64,000 bases of DNA from Podospora anserina (Eukaryota). The notes under the pieces were generated by a model. It ran no database searches, was not told where the DNA came from, and saw only the letters and a list, made by a program, of their open reading frames with translations. This document shows positions 12,104 to 25,213 of this stretch, piece after piece (position 1 is the first letter of the stretch; each line of letters begins with the position of its first letter). The stretch is from NCBI GenBank assembly GCA_017654855.1, contig CM030333.1, positions 5,084,001-5,148,000 of the forward strand, in the 5' to 3' direction. Made by a program: the position numbers and the translations under genes.

Positions 12104-12898
12104 CTATTCAGCAGGATCCACCATATCCAGCCTCGTAAAGAAGGTCTCAACCCTGCCCTCGGGGATATACGCCTTGTACTCCCTCATCCACCAGTCAGCT
12201 ACACTCCCCCTCCTCGCCTTCTCCCCCAGCACAATCTTGTCCGAAGTCAACATCTTGACCTCCCCCACCGCCCTCTTCTCATCCACCTCCTCCACCATCC
12301 CCTCCAAGTCCTTGTCCTTCACCTCCCCAAACCCCAACAACTCCAACACCCAAGCGCCCTGCATCTCAGCCAGAACTCCAACCGAGACAATCGCAATAAA
12401 CCCGTCCACGCTCTCCGGGTGCCGTCTCGGAAACGCAAACTCCTCATCCGCAACGTCCGTCACCTTGTCCAGCGCCTCGGTCATGGCATCCCCCATGTTC
12501 TGCCTCCCCTGCTCGACCAACTCGACAACATTGTCCAGACACTCCTCGATCAGCTTGCGGTTCCACCTCCTCTCGCCGACGACATCTGTGATGGCGATCT
12601 GAAGGGAGTCGTCGTTGAACTCGGCTATGTGCATCAAGTTTACGATCTTTTTGGCAATGGCCACGAGCTGCTCCTCGTCGTCGTCGGCAGATGAAGTGCA
12701 GGCCATCAATGGGGCGGATCGGTACTGCCCTTCTTCATGGTTATTGCCGGGTGGGGAGTCGGAGTAGAGGCCGAACTTTTCGTTGTCAATCTGACCGTGA
12801 GAGTCGAGGGAGTCGTAGAGGAGCTCGGTGTAGCCGGCCCGGTTGGCGCGGTTGCGGCGGAAGGAGAGGCAGGCGAGGATGGAGCGGAGGGTTGCCAT
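12104..12898 (-). CDS. Hypothetical protein (264 aa, acidic, probably helical)
   Basis: Long ATG-initiated ORF with protein-like composition; no family recognised. Confidence 0.7.
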   Translation of the reverse strand: MATLRSILACLSFRRNRANRAGYTELLYDSLDSHGQIDNEKFGLYSDSPPGNNHEEGQYRSAPLMACTSSADDDEEQLVAIAKKIVNLMHIAEFNDDSLQIAITDVVGERRWNRKLIEECLDNVVELVEQGRQNMGDAMTEALDKVTDVADEEFAFPRRHPESVDGFIAIVSVGVLAEMQGAWVLELLGFGEVKDKDLEGMVEEVDEKRAVGEVKMLTSDKIVLGEKARRGSVADWWMREYKAYIPEGRVETFFTRLDMVDPAE

Positions 12899-14212
12899 TG
12901 TGTTGTCGTTGTGTGTAAGTGACTTGCCAAAGTGTCAAACAAGCAACAAAGCAAGCAACAAAGCCCGAGAAGCTATAAGAGAAAGCAAAGAAAGTAGAAA
13001 AGCGCTATTTGTCTAGCAAAGCCGAAGGTGACTGGTGGCTGCCGTGGGTGAGGAGAGAAAGAGAAAAGGCAAGACACAAAAAGTGTCAGCCAGCCATGTT
13101 ATTTATGATCACACATGCCCCCGTCTTCTCTCGATGGCAGACACACAAAGGCTTCTTTCCTGTGTGGCCGCTTGGCAGACAGGAGACTAAGGTAGGCAGA
13201 TGTCAACGTCCCTCGGTGGCGGACCCGGAGGGCTGTGCCACATCCGGGGTTCGAGGCCAGGGGAGACCGGCCCGGCCCCACACGTGAGTTGGATGCCGGC
13301 ATCCGGGATTGTCGTCCGGAGGTTGCCAGTGAACAGCAATCGACTTGCAATCTTCACGACAAGCAAACAATTACGTTGGCGGTGTTTGTTTCGAGATGGG
13401 CACATTCCTTTGTTGCAAGTTTGTCAATTGAAATTGTGCAGAAAAGTCGAGGCTTTGGAGGAGGGAACAGGCTATGCTCAGGGCGGCCAGCGATAGGCCA
13501 CTGCCGTGATTGCCCCATGTGTAACGGTCGTCCTACGCATTGTGAAGTTGTGAGCATATATGTATCAAGGCATTGTGATCGGATGGTCTTGGGCTTGCAA
13601 AACGTGGCAAAGTAGGCCAGGGGAATTGGCGAGCAGTGGCTAACGTTCCACCACTTGCTGCTCATTGCTGATCTCGTATCGATGGATTGTATGCTCTCCA
13701 GTGGTGCATGGCCCCGGGCTGGCTGCAAGGCAAACGGCCAGGAAAACTTGGGGCATATTGGCCAAGTCGGACATCCGAGACTCGACAAGAAACTGGGTGC
13801 CTCGACATGACAAACACAACTCACGGGAATTAGTGGACGGAATCTGTATGCATTACATCTCTTGTTGAGAGGGCCGACTCCCAATCCGTGATATCACCAC
13901 GCGGCCGCAAGCATGTTGCTATTGGGAACCACGCGCTCCTCCTTTGTCCATCACACAGTTTTTGTCTCTTCCGGACTTTTGGCTCGACCAACGTCCTCCT
14001 GTATTGGATGCTATGGTTCTGCCCGAAATCAATGAACCCCAACCATCACGCCTTCATGAAGTTCCCGTTTTGTATGGCCCGGCGATCCCATGAGTTGGCC
14101 GATAATATCCACCAGCCTGCCAGAGTAGAGTAATGCACAGAACCAAAGCCGTCGTCCATGCCTGAAAAAGACCCGGTGTGAAAGACGACGCCGAAATAGA
14201 AACGCTCGCCGC

Positions 14213-14885
14213 TTATTTCTCCTTCTTGGGCTTGGGGCCCTTGACCTTCGCAGTACCGCGGAGGGTCTTCTGGCGGTTCTTGCGCTGCTTGCCTATTGGT
14301 GAGGAAGAGAAAATGTCAGCCGGTACCACTCCCAAAATGAAATTCTCATGTCCACCACCGCGGGAAACATACGCTGCTGTCTGGAAGCACGCTCAATCTT
14401 GGTGGCAAGGCCAACACGGACGAGTCTGTAGCGGGGCTCGAACTTCTTCATGGCCTCGGGGGAGTCATAGATGAGGGCAAAGCCAGTGGTCTTGCCACCA
14501 CCGAACTGGGTGCGGAGACCGAAGACGGAAACTTGATCCTTCTGGGCCTTGTAGAGGGCAGCGAGCTTCTCGCGGAGGTCCTCCTTGGAGATGTTGGCGC
14601 GACCGGGGTGGAGGATGTCCCTGAACAGCAGAGTCAGCGACAATTTCCCATCAAACAGCCCAACATTCTCAAATCGCCCGCGATTTTGCCATGTTCCAAT
14701 CGGGCATTATGTTTCTGGATTGATGTTCTCGTCCACTGTGGGCGACTTGGCAATCGGGGCGATTCGCGAAGAGGGCATTCGGAGATGGATGGCAGCACTC
14801 ACACGACCATCTGCTTGCGGCCGAGCAGAGGGTTGCGGATGAACTTCCGCGTGCGCAGGGTTACGGGGGCATCAGAGTCGGCCAT
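14213..14885 (-). CDS. RPS24: 40S ribosomal protein S24 (eS24)
   Basis: Exons 14885..14803, 14620..14373, 14292..14213; [30 protein letters not shown]...[15 protein letters not shown]. Confidence 0.97.
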
Positions 14886-15233
14886 GGTGATGTCGTCGGT
14901 CGTTGGTTGTCGTACCTCGATCGATCTCAGGTTCCGGCAGGAGGAGGGCGAGTTTCTGCTGGTGTTTTTTGCAGGCCAGGACGCACTGGGTAGCGGGTGG
15001 ATCTCGCAAAATTCCGGCAGCGAATCGCTAATTTGGGTGTGAGCCCTAATTTGTGTGTGGCCTGAATTCCGAGGCAATCAGTCAGCAGCGGCGGGGCAGC
15101 TTGGTGGAAATGCACGGACCAATGTGCGGCAGCCTTGTCCAGCTCCCCACTTGTCGACAACTGCCCCACACCTTCTGAGAAGACATTCAAAACAACAACA
15201 CAGCACCACAATCTCAAAGTGACTTTTTTGTTC

Positions 15234-16299
15234 TCATGCAACCGTCAATTGGCAAATGTGTATAGGGGTGGCGTCATTATAAAATGGCCCTCTCTGCTCC
15301 GGCCTAGGCAGCACTGGAAACAGTTCATAATGGACATGGAACCCGCGCTTCTGACAGACCTCCAAGAAGCTCTCGAATGTCGCTCTGTTCCGCTCTGTTG
15401 CCGCAATCAGAATGACCACGCCAGGCGATATAGCAACGAGGTTCTGCAGCGTTGCCACCAGCGCGGGAATTACACTCGCGTCGTACGTGATGTCAGCTCC
15501 AAGCACGACGTCGACCTCTCTTCCACCGTTCCATTCCTCCTCTTCGGTCCCCAGCAAAGCATGGCCCCATCTGAGCTCAGAGACAGACACCCTGTCTGTG
15601 CCCTGAAGACCGTTGATGAAAAGGTTGTCTGGGAGGTTATTCACCACATCTTCAGAACCGTCCGAGGCAATGACATGTTCTGCGCCGAGATATTTGGCAC
15701 ACAAGATGGCAACGTATCCTGTTCCAGTCCCGAGCTCTAGCAGACGCTTCCCCTTGACAAGTGTTGGGTTGGCGCAGAGATACTGGCCCATGTGCAATGC
15801 TGCCTCCCATGTTCGTAGGCCTGTTGTCCCTGAACCCGAGATAATGGAACGAGATTCCAGCAAGACCACAGCTGCATCACTGGGTTCCTGGAGCAGGGAA
15901 AGGTGGTATGCCACATGGCACTTTTGCTGGGCAGCCACCACCTCTGAAGGCAATGGAACAGATAACAACTCAGACATGGTGGTCATGAGATTATCTGATA
16001 TTCCCTGTTCCTGTCAGTTCCTGGCGTCTCCGTCTCCTTTTCAGCAAGGTATGAGTTATCCTTACATGCTCCTCCCAGTCCACGATAGAGCGTTCGATTC
16101 TCGACGTCAACTCCTTGAGCACTTTTAGCCCATAGCGGGGAGGAAGCGGGAATGCGATATCATGGCCAAACAGCTTCTTGTAGATTTCCTCTTGGACCGC
16201 ATCGAGGCAAAGGACCTCACCGTCTGGATATTCTGGTGCGGCATCCAACTGCAGGCACTGCCAACAGAATCGGGTCACTTGTGGGTTTTGGCTGCTCAT
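15234..16299 (-). CDS. EFM3: Protein-lysine N-methyltransferase, FAM86/EFM3 (eEF2 methyltransferase)-like
   Basis: Exons 16299..16066 and 16004..15234; GTTGLRTWEAAL, LLELGTGTG SAM motif, VLGADITYD; FAM86-like N-terminus (PPRYGLKVLKEL). Confidence 0.85.
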
Positions 16300-16771
16300 G
16301 TTGAAGGGTGAGTACGGTCTTGTTCGAGTCCAGCTCGACATCTGTCGTTGTTTCATGTAAATGTTGGCCGCCTTGTCCAAAAGACCGGCAGAAAGGAAGG
16401 CGGTGAAGGGCCAAGGATAGACTGCTGGGCACACAACTTTCCAGCCTCAGAGCGTCAGAAGGGGTCCCAGGTAGGTAATGAGTCAATGCCATTTCTCCCT
16501 GTTTTGAATCGAGCCTGACCTTTTTGTTCCGTTATGGATTTTAAACACACCTGCAATCGGATTTCATCTTAAAAGGCCAAGTCTGTATCCAGCGAGCAGT
16601 TCAGCCAAAAGTGGGCCCTTGACGTAGGAGCTGCCAAGCCATTGAACAGTCGAGTGCGCGCCTGGCATCGCGTTTCCATCTCGGAACTGGAAGACTTCAG
16701 TTGTTGGCCAGAAAAACACACAATCCCATCTCAACACCCTTTCGCCGCGCCCAGGGAAGACTGTCGCCAAG

Positions 16772-18525
16772 ATGTCGGTCATTCTCGAGACAACGGCAGG
16801 TGACATTGTCATTGACCTGCTGGTCGATTTCGCCCCCAAGCTGTGCGAAAAGTACGTCCCCATGTTCTTGCTTTCTTGTTCAATTGCCAGACCACAATTA
16901 ACCCAATGTTCTTCAGCTTTCTCAAGCTATGCAAGATCAGATACTACAACTTTTCTCCGATCCACTCTATTCAAAAGTCCTTTTCCTGTCAAACCGGCGA
17001 CCCTCTCGGGCCTCTGTCCCCCAATTCCGACGGCGGAAGTTCCATCTGGGGCTTACTCAAAGGCAGGGACAAGACATTTCCTGCCTTGTTCCATCCCAAA
17101 TTGAAACACCGCGAACGAGGCACTGTCAGCATGGCTACTGCCCCCCACCCGTCTGACCCAGAGACACGACTGGCTGGCTCTCAATTTCTGATCACACTGG
17201 GAGAGGACGGGATAGACTTCCTAGACGACAAAGCCGCCGTATTTGGGAAAGTCGCCGAGGGCTTTGACGTTCTGGAGAAGATCAACGAGGCAATTGTGGA
17301 TGAACGAGGGAACCCGCTGGTGGACATCAGAATCAAGCATACCATTGTGTTGGAGGATCCCTACCCTGACCCCGCTGGCCTGCGGGAGCCAAGTGCTTCA
17401 CCTCCACCGACCAAGGCACAGCTCGCTACCGTCAGGATTGCGGAAGGAGAAGAGCTGGTTGATGTCGAAAAGGACGAAGAAGCCGCCGCTGAGGCGGAAA
17501 CGAGAAAGAGAGAGAGGGAAGCAGCCGCCCAGGCGTTGACGTTGGAGATGCTAGGCGATCTCCCATTTGCCGAAGTCAAGCCACCAGAAAATGTCCTGTT
17601 TGTTTGCAAGCTCAACCCAGTCACAACTGACGAGGACTTGGAGTTGATATTCAGTCGGTTTGGCAAGATTCTGAGTTGCGAGGTGATCAGAGATCAGAAA
17701 ACCGGCGACAGCTTGCAGTATGCTTTCATTGAGTTTGAAGATAAGAAGAGCTGCGAGGAAGCGTACTACAAGATGGATTCCGTTCTGATTGACGACAGGA
17801 GAATTCACGTAGACTTCAGTCAGAGCGTCAGTCGCCTGAGCGAGGTTTGGAGAAACGATACCAACACGAAACGCAAAACTGCTGCTGCAAGAAAATGGAA
17901 AGGTGGCTGGGGTGGTGTGCAAGAGCTGGAGAAATGGCGCAAGTACAGGAATGAGGACGTGGAACGTGACGACGAGGACGATCATTATCGGATGGTCCAT
18001 GGGGTGGAGGATATGCAGCATGGCCGGCACGATACCGGCGTCTCCCACAGCAGCAGCAGCAATAACAACAATGAGAACAATAACAACCGCAAGCCTTACG
18101 ACAGGAGAGCCGGCGAGAGCCGGTCGAGCGGCCCGAGTGGAAGTGGTGGCCATGAAGATAGCCGAAGAGAAGCTGCGGCACACCGGCGGGGAAGAGAGTC
18201 CCCGGACCGGCTGACGGACACGCACAGCAGTAGCGGCAATAACAACAGGCCAGAGCAGAGGCGAGGTCACACGGAGCGACGGAGCCGGAGCCCCAGACAA
18301 GACCACGGTTATCACCGTCACAGCTACCGCGACAACAACCGCCATGACAGGCCAGGCGATCCCGGACAATCATCATCAAGGGGCCGAGAAGATCGGGATT
18401 GGGCTCGCAGAGATCGTCGGGACCAAGATCGCGATAGAAGGGATAGGAGCAGATACAGGGACAGGGACAGGGGCCAGGACAGATACCGGGGAAGAGGCGG
18501 AGGAGACGAGTACAGTGGCCGTTGA
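16772..18525 (+). CDS. Cyclophilin-RRM protein (PPIL4/Rct1 family peptidyl-prolyl isomerase)
   Basis: [16 protein letters not shown]; intron 16852..16916; [27 protein letters not shown]...YAFIEF...[13 protein letters not shown]-rich tail. Confidence 0.95.
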
Positions 18526-21500
18526 ACGGTTGTCGTCGGTCGTGTGTAGCGGTGCTGTCGGCTGCCGGCCTCGTGTGCGTGGGATATCACAGTAACGATG
18601 CAAGCTAATTAGAGCCCTAGACGATGAGTGGTTCGTCTTTCACGTTCGACAGCAACTCGTTTTCTTGTGGCCCGGCTCTTCTTGCTCTTTTCTGTCTTCC
18701 TCAGCTGCCAGCTCCCTGTCTAGCATAGTGTCTTCCACCCTCGGCCAGTCGCCCCAGTTACTCAACACTACGCCCAACGACGGATGACATCCTGTTGGCC
18801 GGGCACTGGGAACACGACTTGAGCAAGGTGTCATCTCGTCGTTCTGATCACCGAGTCGGTCTGGAACTCCTGGTCGAACGTGTACACGCGCTCCTGTGTA
18901 GTAGGCGTCAAGGAGAAGTCTAAACCGCATGGTGCCCTGTCAATGGATGGCGCATCGTCCCGACGGGCTGCGTGGGCAAGGACCCTGTGCCCGAAGGCCA
19001 GACCCAATGGATGTGGCTCGCCTCCTGTTGCTTCGACTCTTTTATACGAGCTTTCTTTTCGTTCTGCCATGGATATCTATCTACGTGGCGGGCTGAGGTG
19101 GGTGCGTGTTGGTCAGGGCATTCTGGCTACAGCCGTGGATGGATCGCATTTGCGGGCCGGGTGGTCGAGGCGCATTGCATTGTTTCTCGATGGCTTCCAT
19201 TGATGCTTCCTGCCCCCTTTCCTGCCCCTTTCCTTCCTCCCAGCCGCGGGTTCTTTTCAGCACCCTGGTTTACCCCCTGCCCTGTGGTTCGTGGAAGGAT
19301 TGTGGGAAGGTAACCCAAGGCTGCCCTTTTCCGTTGCACATCTCATCAGCATCGTCATCGCCAGTGATCTATCCCCCTTTTGTCGTGACTACAGCACAGG
19401 AGCAAGTGGGCATGCACGCCGGGTAATTCTTTCTCTCTCGGTCCAGCACATATTCCCCCACTCTCGCGCGTACCGCACCCCTCTCACCACAGTCGCTTCG
19501 TCACAGTCGAAAGACGGTCGGGTGGCTTTTTATACAGGCCACACGTGCGGGCCGCTTCTTTCTTCAAGCCTCCCTTGACGTGATTATCGGGCCCAGCTGG
19601 AGCATGCAGAGCTGCCAACCGCCGTATCGTGCTTCCTCCCTACTCAACATAGGGCGTATATGTATGCAGACCTCGGAGTTTCGTACCCGGATGAGGTAGC
19701 TTCTACTGGTTCCACGAGGAGGTTGTTCATGCGGTCTCTGTATGACGCAGGCAAATAGAATGAGGGGCCTTTCACGAAGCCCCGTCCTGCGCAGATAGCT
19801 GGCTAGCCTCCTGTTCTCGCCCCCCGGCTTGGGTTGGGTTGTCATTGGGCTGAAAGATTATACTACTTTTATATATGCCTATGTTTGACGACGAAGATGC
19901 TCGGAATCGGGCTGTGGTGGTGTGCGGATAAGCAGGGCGGCCAATGAGTGCTACAGGTGCCTATTCGTACTGCATAAAAATTGGTTTTGCGGGTAGTTGG
20001 GGGTTGGGGGTTCGGGGTTGGGGGCTGCTGGCCAAGGGGTGATGGAGGGGCGGGTATTCGGGTTGTGTATGTGTGTGTATGGGTGTGTCTGAGGTATCGT
20101 TCGGATCATGCCCGTCATCCACCACCCTTCTTTCTTCTTTCTCTTCCTCAACACCCTCCGGGCCTACCAACCCAGCCGCCGCTGCCGCTGCCGATCCGCA
20201 TCGCGCGACCCGTCACCGCCGGCAGGCAAGAAAAAGAAAAAAAGTTCTCATTTTGCCTCGGAGGCGTTCGGGCAACGTGTCTCGACAGACGCCCATGGCG
20301 GTTTTTTTCTACCGGTTTACCGTTTGGGCGACGGATCGAGCTGTAAGGTCCCTCCCTCTCCGAATGTCCACGACTCGGGGAAAAAATGGCGTTTTTTATG
20401 CATCTCTCAAAACCCTGGATATCCCAACGCCATTTGCTGGCAACGTCGAGGAAGCATGGTAGTGATTCTCGTGGACGCGTGTGCACATTACATTGATGCT
20501 TCCAGAAATATCAGGAAGGGCGCATTTGTCCAGGCGCATCGGAAGCTGATTTGTTCTACCTTTTCGTAGACTTCACGTACGTGGATAAGGGGAAGCCTTC
20601 CATTCAGCCCTGATCAGGCCACAGTACAGAGGAAATCTGACTTGCTCGGACCTCCTGGGATCTTGCTTGTATCAAGAGCTCAGATGTGTTTTGAAGGGTG
20701 ATACCAGATGGTCCGATGATGACGGCGGGGGGCGGCCCATGCGGTAGGCTTTAGACTCCGTCCGGAGGTTTCGACGGGGGGTGGTTCAAAGTTGATAAAG
20801 GCATCTGATTGAACGCCGCTTCTCTTGCAGTTGAATGCTGTGTCACTTGGAAATTTCATCATCTTCACGAATTCGTATCCAGGCAGTCCGAGCTGTTTAC
20901 CATCACACATGGTATGATATCTCTGCGAAGTCAAACTCAGTTACGCGGTCAACGTTGTTACCAAGAGGAATTGTATCCCAATCTACGAGCGCTACCAAGT
21001 CAAAGGCATTGTTGGGAAGCTTGTAGGGAGTCAAGGTCAGAGATATCCACCGAGATATGAAGTCCTGCCTGGTGGTCAGCCACTGAGACACATTCCTATT
21101 CAGAATATAATCACACTGAGACAGGATGGCGCGGGCTCTTCATTGGCCAAACTCATCGATTTGTTCTATTTCTATCGTTATGCCTTCCATCAGCACTCCA
21201 TTTCATCGACAATGCCTCGTATCCGCAAGTGATGCCTCCTCGGCACAACCTCTACATGGTCTTGAGTTGAGTCCACATGTGAGCTACTGATAACGTGCAA
21301 GCACTGTTCCTCTCACGGCCTCCACAGGGGAAAAGTTGGAGAAGTGAGAGGGGACCGACTGCGCGAATGGCACAGCATCTTCGGGTGCCGACTTCTGAAG
21401 CACGCCCCAGGGACCTCACAAAATTCTTGTTGACGCCGTAGCACCTGACTAGGGAATGGTGGCCAGAGAGCTAGAGACATCGACATGCACGCAGCCGCAT

Positions 21501-24500
21501 CGCGACTTTCCATGAACGAGCCAGCCGAGGCGAGACCTGGCGTGAGCTGGTCACAGGTCAGATAAGCTGAAGTAGCTGAGCCGGAGCGTTGGGGGGGGCC
21601 AGACAACAGCCCAACCCGCTTCCTGAGCATTGGGGATTCGGATGGGTCAACCCGATCGGGGAGAGAGAAAGTTTACGTTGGCATCATTTTTGGTGGTGAG
21701 TTCTGGTGGCGACCCACCTAGACAGGTCAATAGCTGCTCAACTCAGCTCAACATCGAGCGTACTGAATTGAAGGTTTGATGTCACAGAACAAAGTGATTC
21801 CCTTTGGGTCTCAAAATTCATCAAGGGGAGCAAAGCTGGCATGTCAGGCAGGTATCTTCTGGCTCATAACGCATGGCAAGGTACAAGTCCACCCAGAACC
21901 GACCATCCGATCAGCTTCCCCAGATAGTCGGACCGAGATCTGAAAGACGGGTGTAGCCGTGTCGAGAAAGAAATTAGCACTTTCCTCCTCGTCTCATCTA
22001 TCCGACGCAGCTTGCGGACTGCGGTCCAACGACGTCTGCAGAAGGGCCGGGGACTCCAGGACCAGCAGTGTCGGGCACCTGTATCGTGTGTTTGCAACAT
22101 GCATGATTGTTCACCGCACAGCCCACGCTTCCCCAGTCCCCGTGACTGTTGCGGCGAATATGTAAAGCATAACTGACAGTGTGGAGATCTTCGGGCTCCC
22201 GTTTTCAACGGGGTGGCCGACAAATCGGATTCCCTGCCTTGTATGCCAGCTTCCAGGGGGAAAAGTAGATCGGTCATATTTTCGCTTGCGGGAGAAGCAG
22301 ACGATGGGAGCATGCCAGGAGGTCTCAGTGACAGAATGTGATAGAATTTTTGGGGATACCCAGGGGCTCCCGGTCTTGACTGCACCATGCTCACTGCTGC
22401 AGACGCCAATATGTGCCGCGGATGCAGACGACGATAAACACAGATCTCTGGATGGTCGAGGTGGGACGTAGGTATGTGGTCTAGCTGCTCCAGCTTCCGC
22501 AGACAGTTGCACTGTGCAAACTTGGCGCGGGTACATCAAAGCTACTTTTAGTTGAAAATGCAGAGTCTTCGATCATCTTCGTACCTGCCTTGACATTTAG
22601 AGCGAGCTGTCATTGGCACTCGGTGGTTATCCGATCCGATCGATTACCAATTACCACCCACACAATCCCACCTTCCAAGTCTCAGGGTAACACTATTTTC
22701 TCTCTGGGCCAGCAAGCATCAAATGTGCAGTTTTTTCTCTCTTGATATCGGAACGGTCAATCTCTCTGTTCAACACCTTTCCTACCTGGCCATCCGTTTT
22801 GAGATGGGGGGATGGCGACTTCAATCTGCAGCCGGGGGCTCATGTTTGCACAGTGGACAAGAAAAGGAATTAATACGGAGTCTAGCGTCTGATGTATACG
22901 ATAGGTATTCAAGAAAAAATCAAACAGACTTGTTCGTTTGTACCAGGTAACTATTCAGGTCAGATATCATCATTCTACAAGACCCAATGGTGCAATTGCA
23001 CAACCTGCCGCTGACACCAGCACTGGCCAGCAGCACAAACACCGGCCTCTTCCATATCCATAAGTTGTACAAGGGACAAGAATGCTCACCATTTATGCGT
23101 TGTCCCCAGCCCACTTCTCCTCTTTGAGATGGCTGCATCACGTTGTGCGAAAACTCGATTGCTTCGCTAAATCCAAGTACACAATGACACATTTTGAGCC
23201 AAGAATCAAGCAAACCACCTTGTCAGAGGCGATTGCGCATCGAGACGCAAAGATTTTCGACTCTGCTTTTGATTCGTTTGCCCTCAGACAGTGAGTGAGG
23301 GTGGGGGAGAGAGACTTTTTGACTTTTCGAGTGAGGTGTCACTTTACCCCTGGACATCTTGATTTTACTCTCCTTTCACTCTCCACAGTCAATCTCAGTC
23401 GAAAGCTATAGGTTAGTAGCACAAATGGTCCACTCGTCGGCAGGCAAGTCGACACTTGCCAAATGCAGCATCAAAAAACAGAGGTACTCAACGAGATACT
23501 TTCCCGGTACTTGTGTCGGACTAGGCAGTTTTCTTGGAGGTGGCCGTCTCCATGTTGGACCAGCCTCGACGTTGAAAAGCTGGTACAGCATCTTATCACA
23601 GTGCCATGTACTCATGATTGATGTGGCCCGTGGCCGTTGCCCCTTTGGCCTGCCATCTGATGCCAAATGGGTACATGTAGCTACGAAAAGATGCCCATCC
23701 CTACATCAGGTGGCTTTTTCCGATGCATGTACCCGACATGTCCATCATTAGCCTCGCGCTAAATCAAAGGCAACTCGAATCTTTCTGGAGGTACTTCATG
23801 CTCCGCTGTCAAAAACTAGACGTGTAGGACCAGAGAGAGAACCACAAGACAGGGCGACGGGCCAAGGTCAAGACCGTGGTAGCACATCATGTCAAGGGAA
23901 ATATCCCTGGGGGAACCAGGCCTGTCCATGTCGTGTGTGCCCACCCTTCAGCGTTTCTGGCGCCGCCGTCATCGCAAAGGACTGCCAGCGACCCATCATA
24001 CAGCTGACAGAAATGGATGCAAACAGATGGCCCAATACACACAGGGTACGTGGGGGAACTAACCGACCTTATACCTATCGAACGAGAAACGGACAGCACG
24101 AGGTGATACACAAGTCTTTATAACATCATGACACTTGCATGTCCACCCCTTCTCTCCCCCCCTTTTTTCCTCTCCTCGCCTGACTTTCTTCCTCTTCACC
24201 CGTCTAGTGTCTTATCTTGTCTCGCTCGATTTCTTTCTTTGCTCCTGATAGTGAAACTGGACCTTGTGCCAAGCTCAACATTTCACAGATCATATCATAC
24301 ATCCCTATTCTGCCCCTTGTGTCTTTTGGGTCTCTTCTGTTTCATCATCTCCGCTCATCGAGAGGGAGACAAAGGCCATACAACCAAGCCAGCTTTCCGC
24401 TCACTCTGCACGTCCAAGACAGTCTGACGAAATCAACCTGAGGACACCAATCGATTGTCAACCACTGGATCGGACGTAGATTACGCTGGGGGAAGGTTTT

Positions 24501-25213
24501 GTTTTTGATTCAGACCAATTCCAGAAGTTGGGACCGGAAAGGTTTGTGTACCATGTCTCACTCCTATCCTACCTCTGATCATTCATCTCCCCACTATTCC
24601 ACTTCTCGGCCGAGGGGACATGTGCTTTTCGTTGTCCTGTGCTTCCACGGCGAGCGCTTTGATCGGTCCAGCGTTGCTCATGTGCGTCAATTCCAGGTCT
24701 TTGGCGTCCGCCCCCCGCTCCCCCATCTATCAAACCAGTACAGCAGGGGAGACCAATCCTGGGAGACTTCAGCTTTGGGCCCGGGTTTTGCTGTCTTGGT
24801 TCCTGCCCATAACTCAGCCCCGACTCTCGACTCCAGGGGGACTGTTTTTTTGTTTTCCATTCTCGGTGAGAGGTGTTCGAGGCGAGTCGCAGCCTATCAG
24901 GGCATCCACGGCGGCCGATTTGTATCCTAGGGCCAGGTTCCAGTCAGCTTCATTCTGGATCGATCGGGATTTCGAGTTGCGGTGTTAAGTGACCGGACAA
25001 TTTACACCCTCTGCACACAACGCTGCTGTACCCCCTCCCCCACCCACCATCACCAGACACACGCTCAACCTGTCAGCTATTCTACGTCTCGATAATAATA
25101 ACCACACTCGCAAGCCACAGCAGACGACAGAGACAGACAAGTCTAAACAACAGCCAGACTTTGAGACTCACTCTCTAAAACCAAGGACGAAGGCGAGAAA
25201 CCGGAAAATTCAA

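Noticed and set aside
14621-14802. Possible intronic snoRNA in RPS24 intron 1
   Set aside because: No convincing box C/D or H/ACA motifs on the sense strand.
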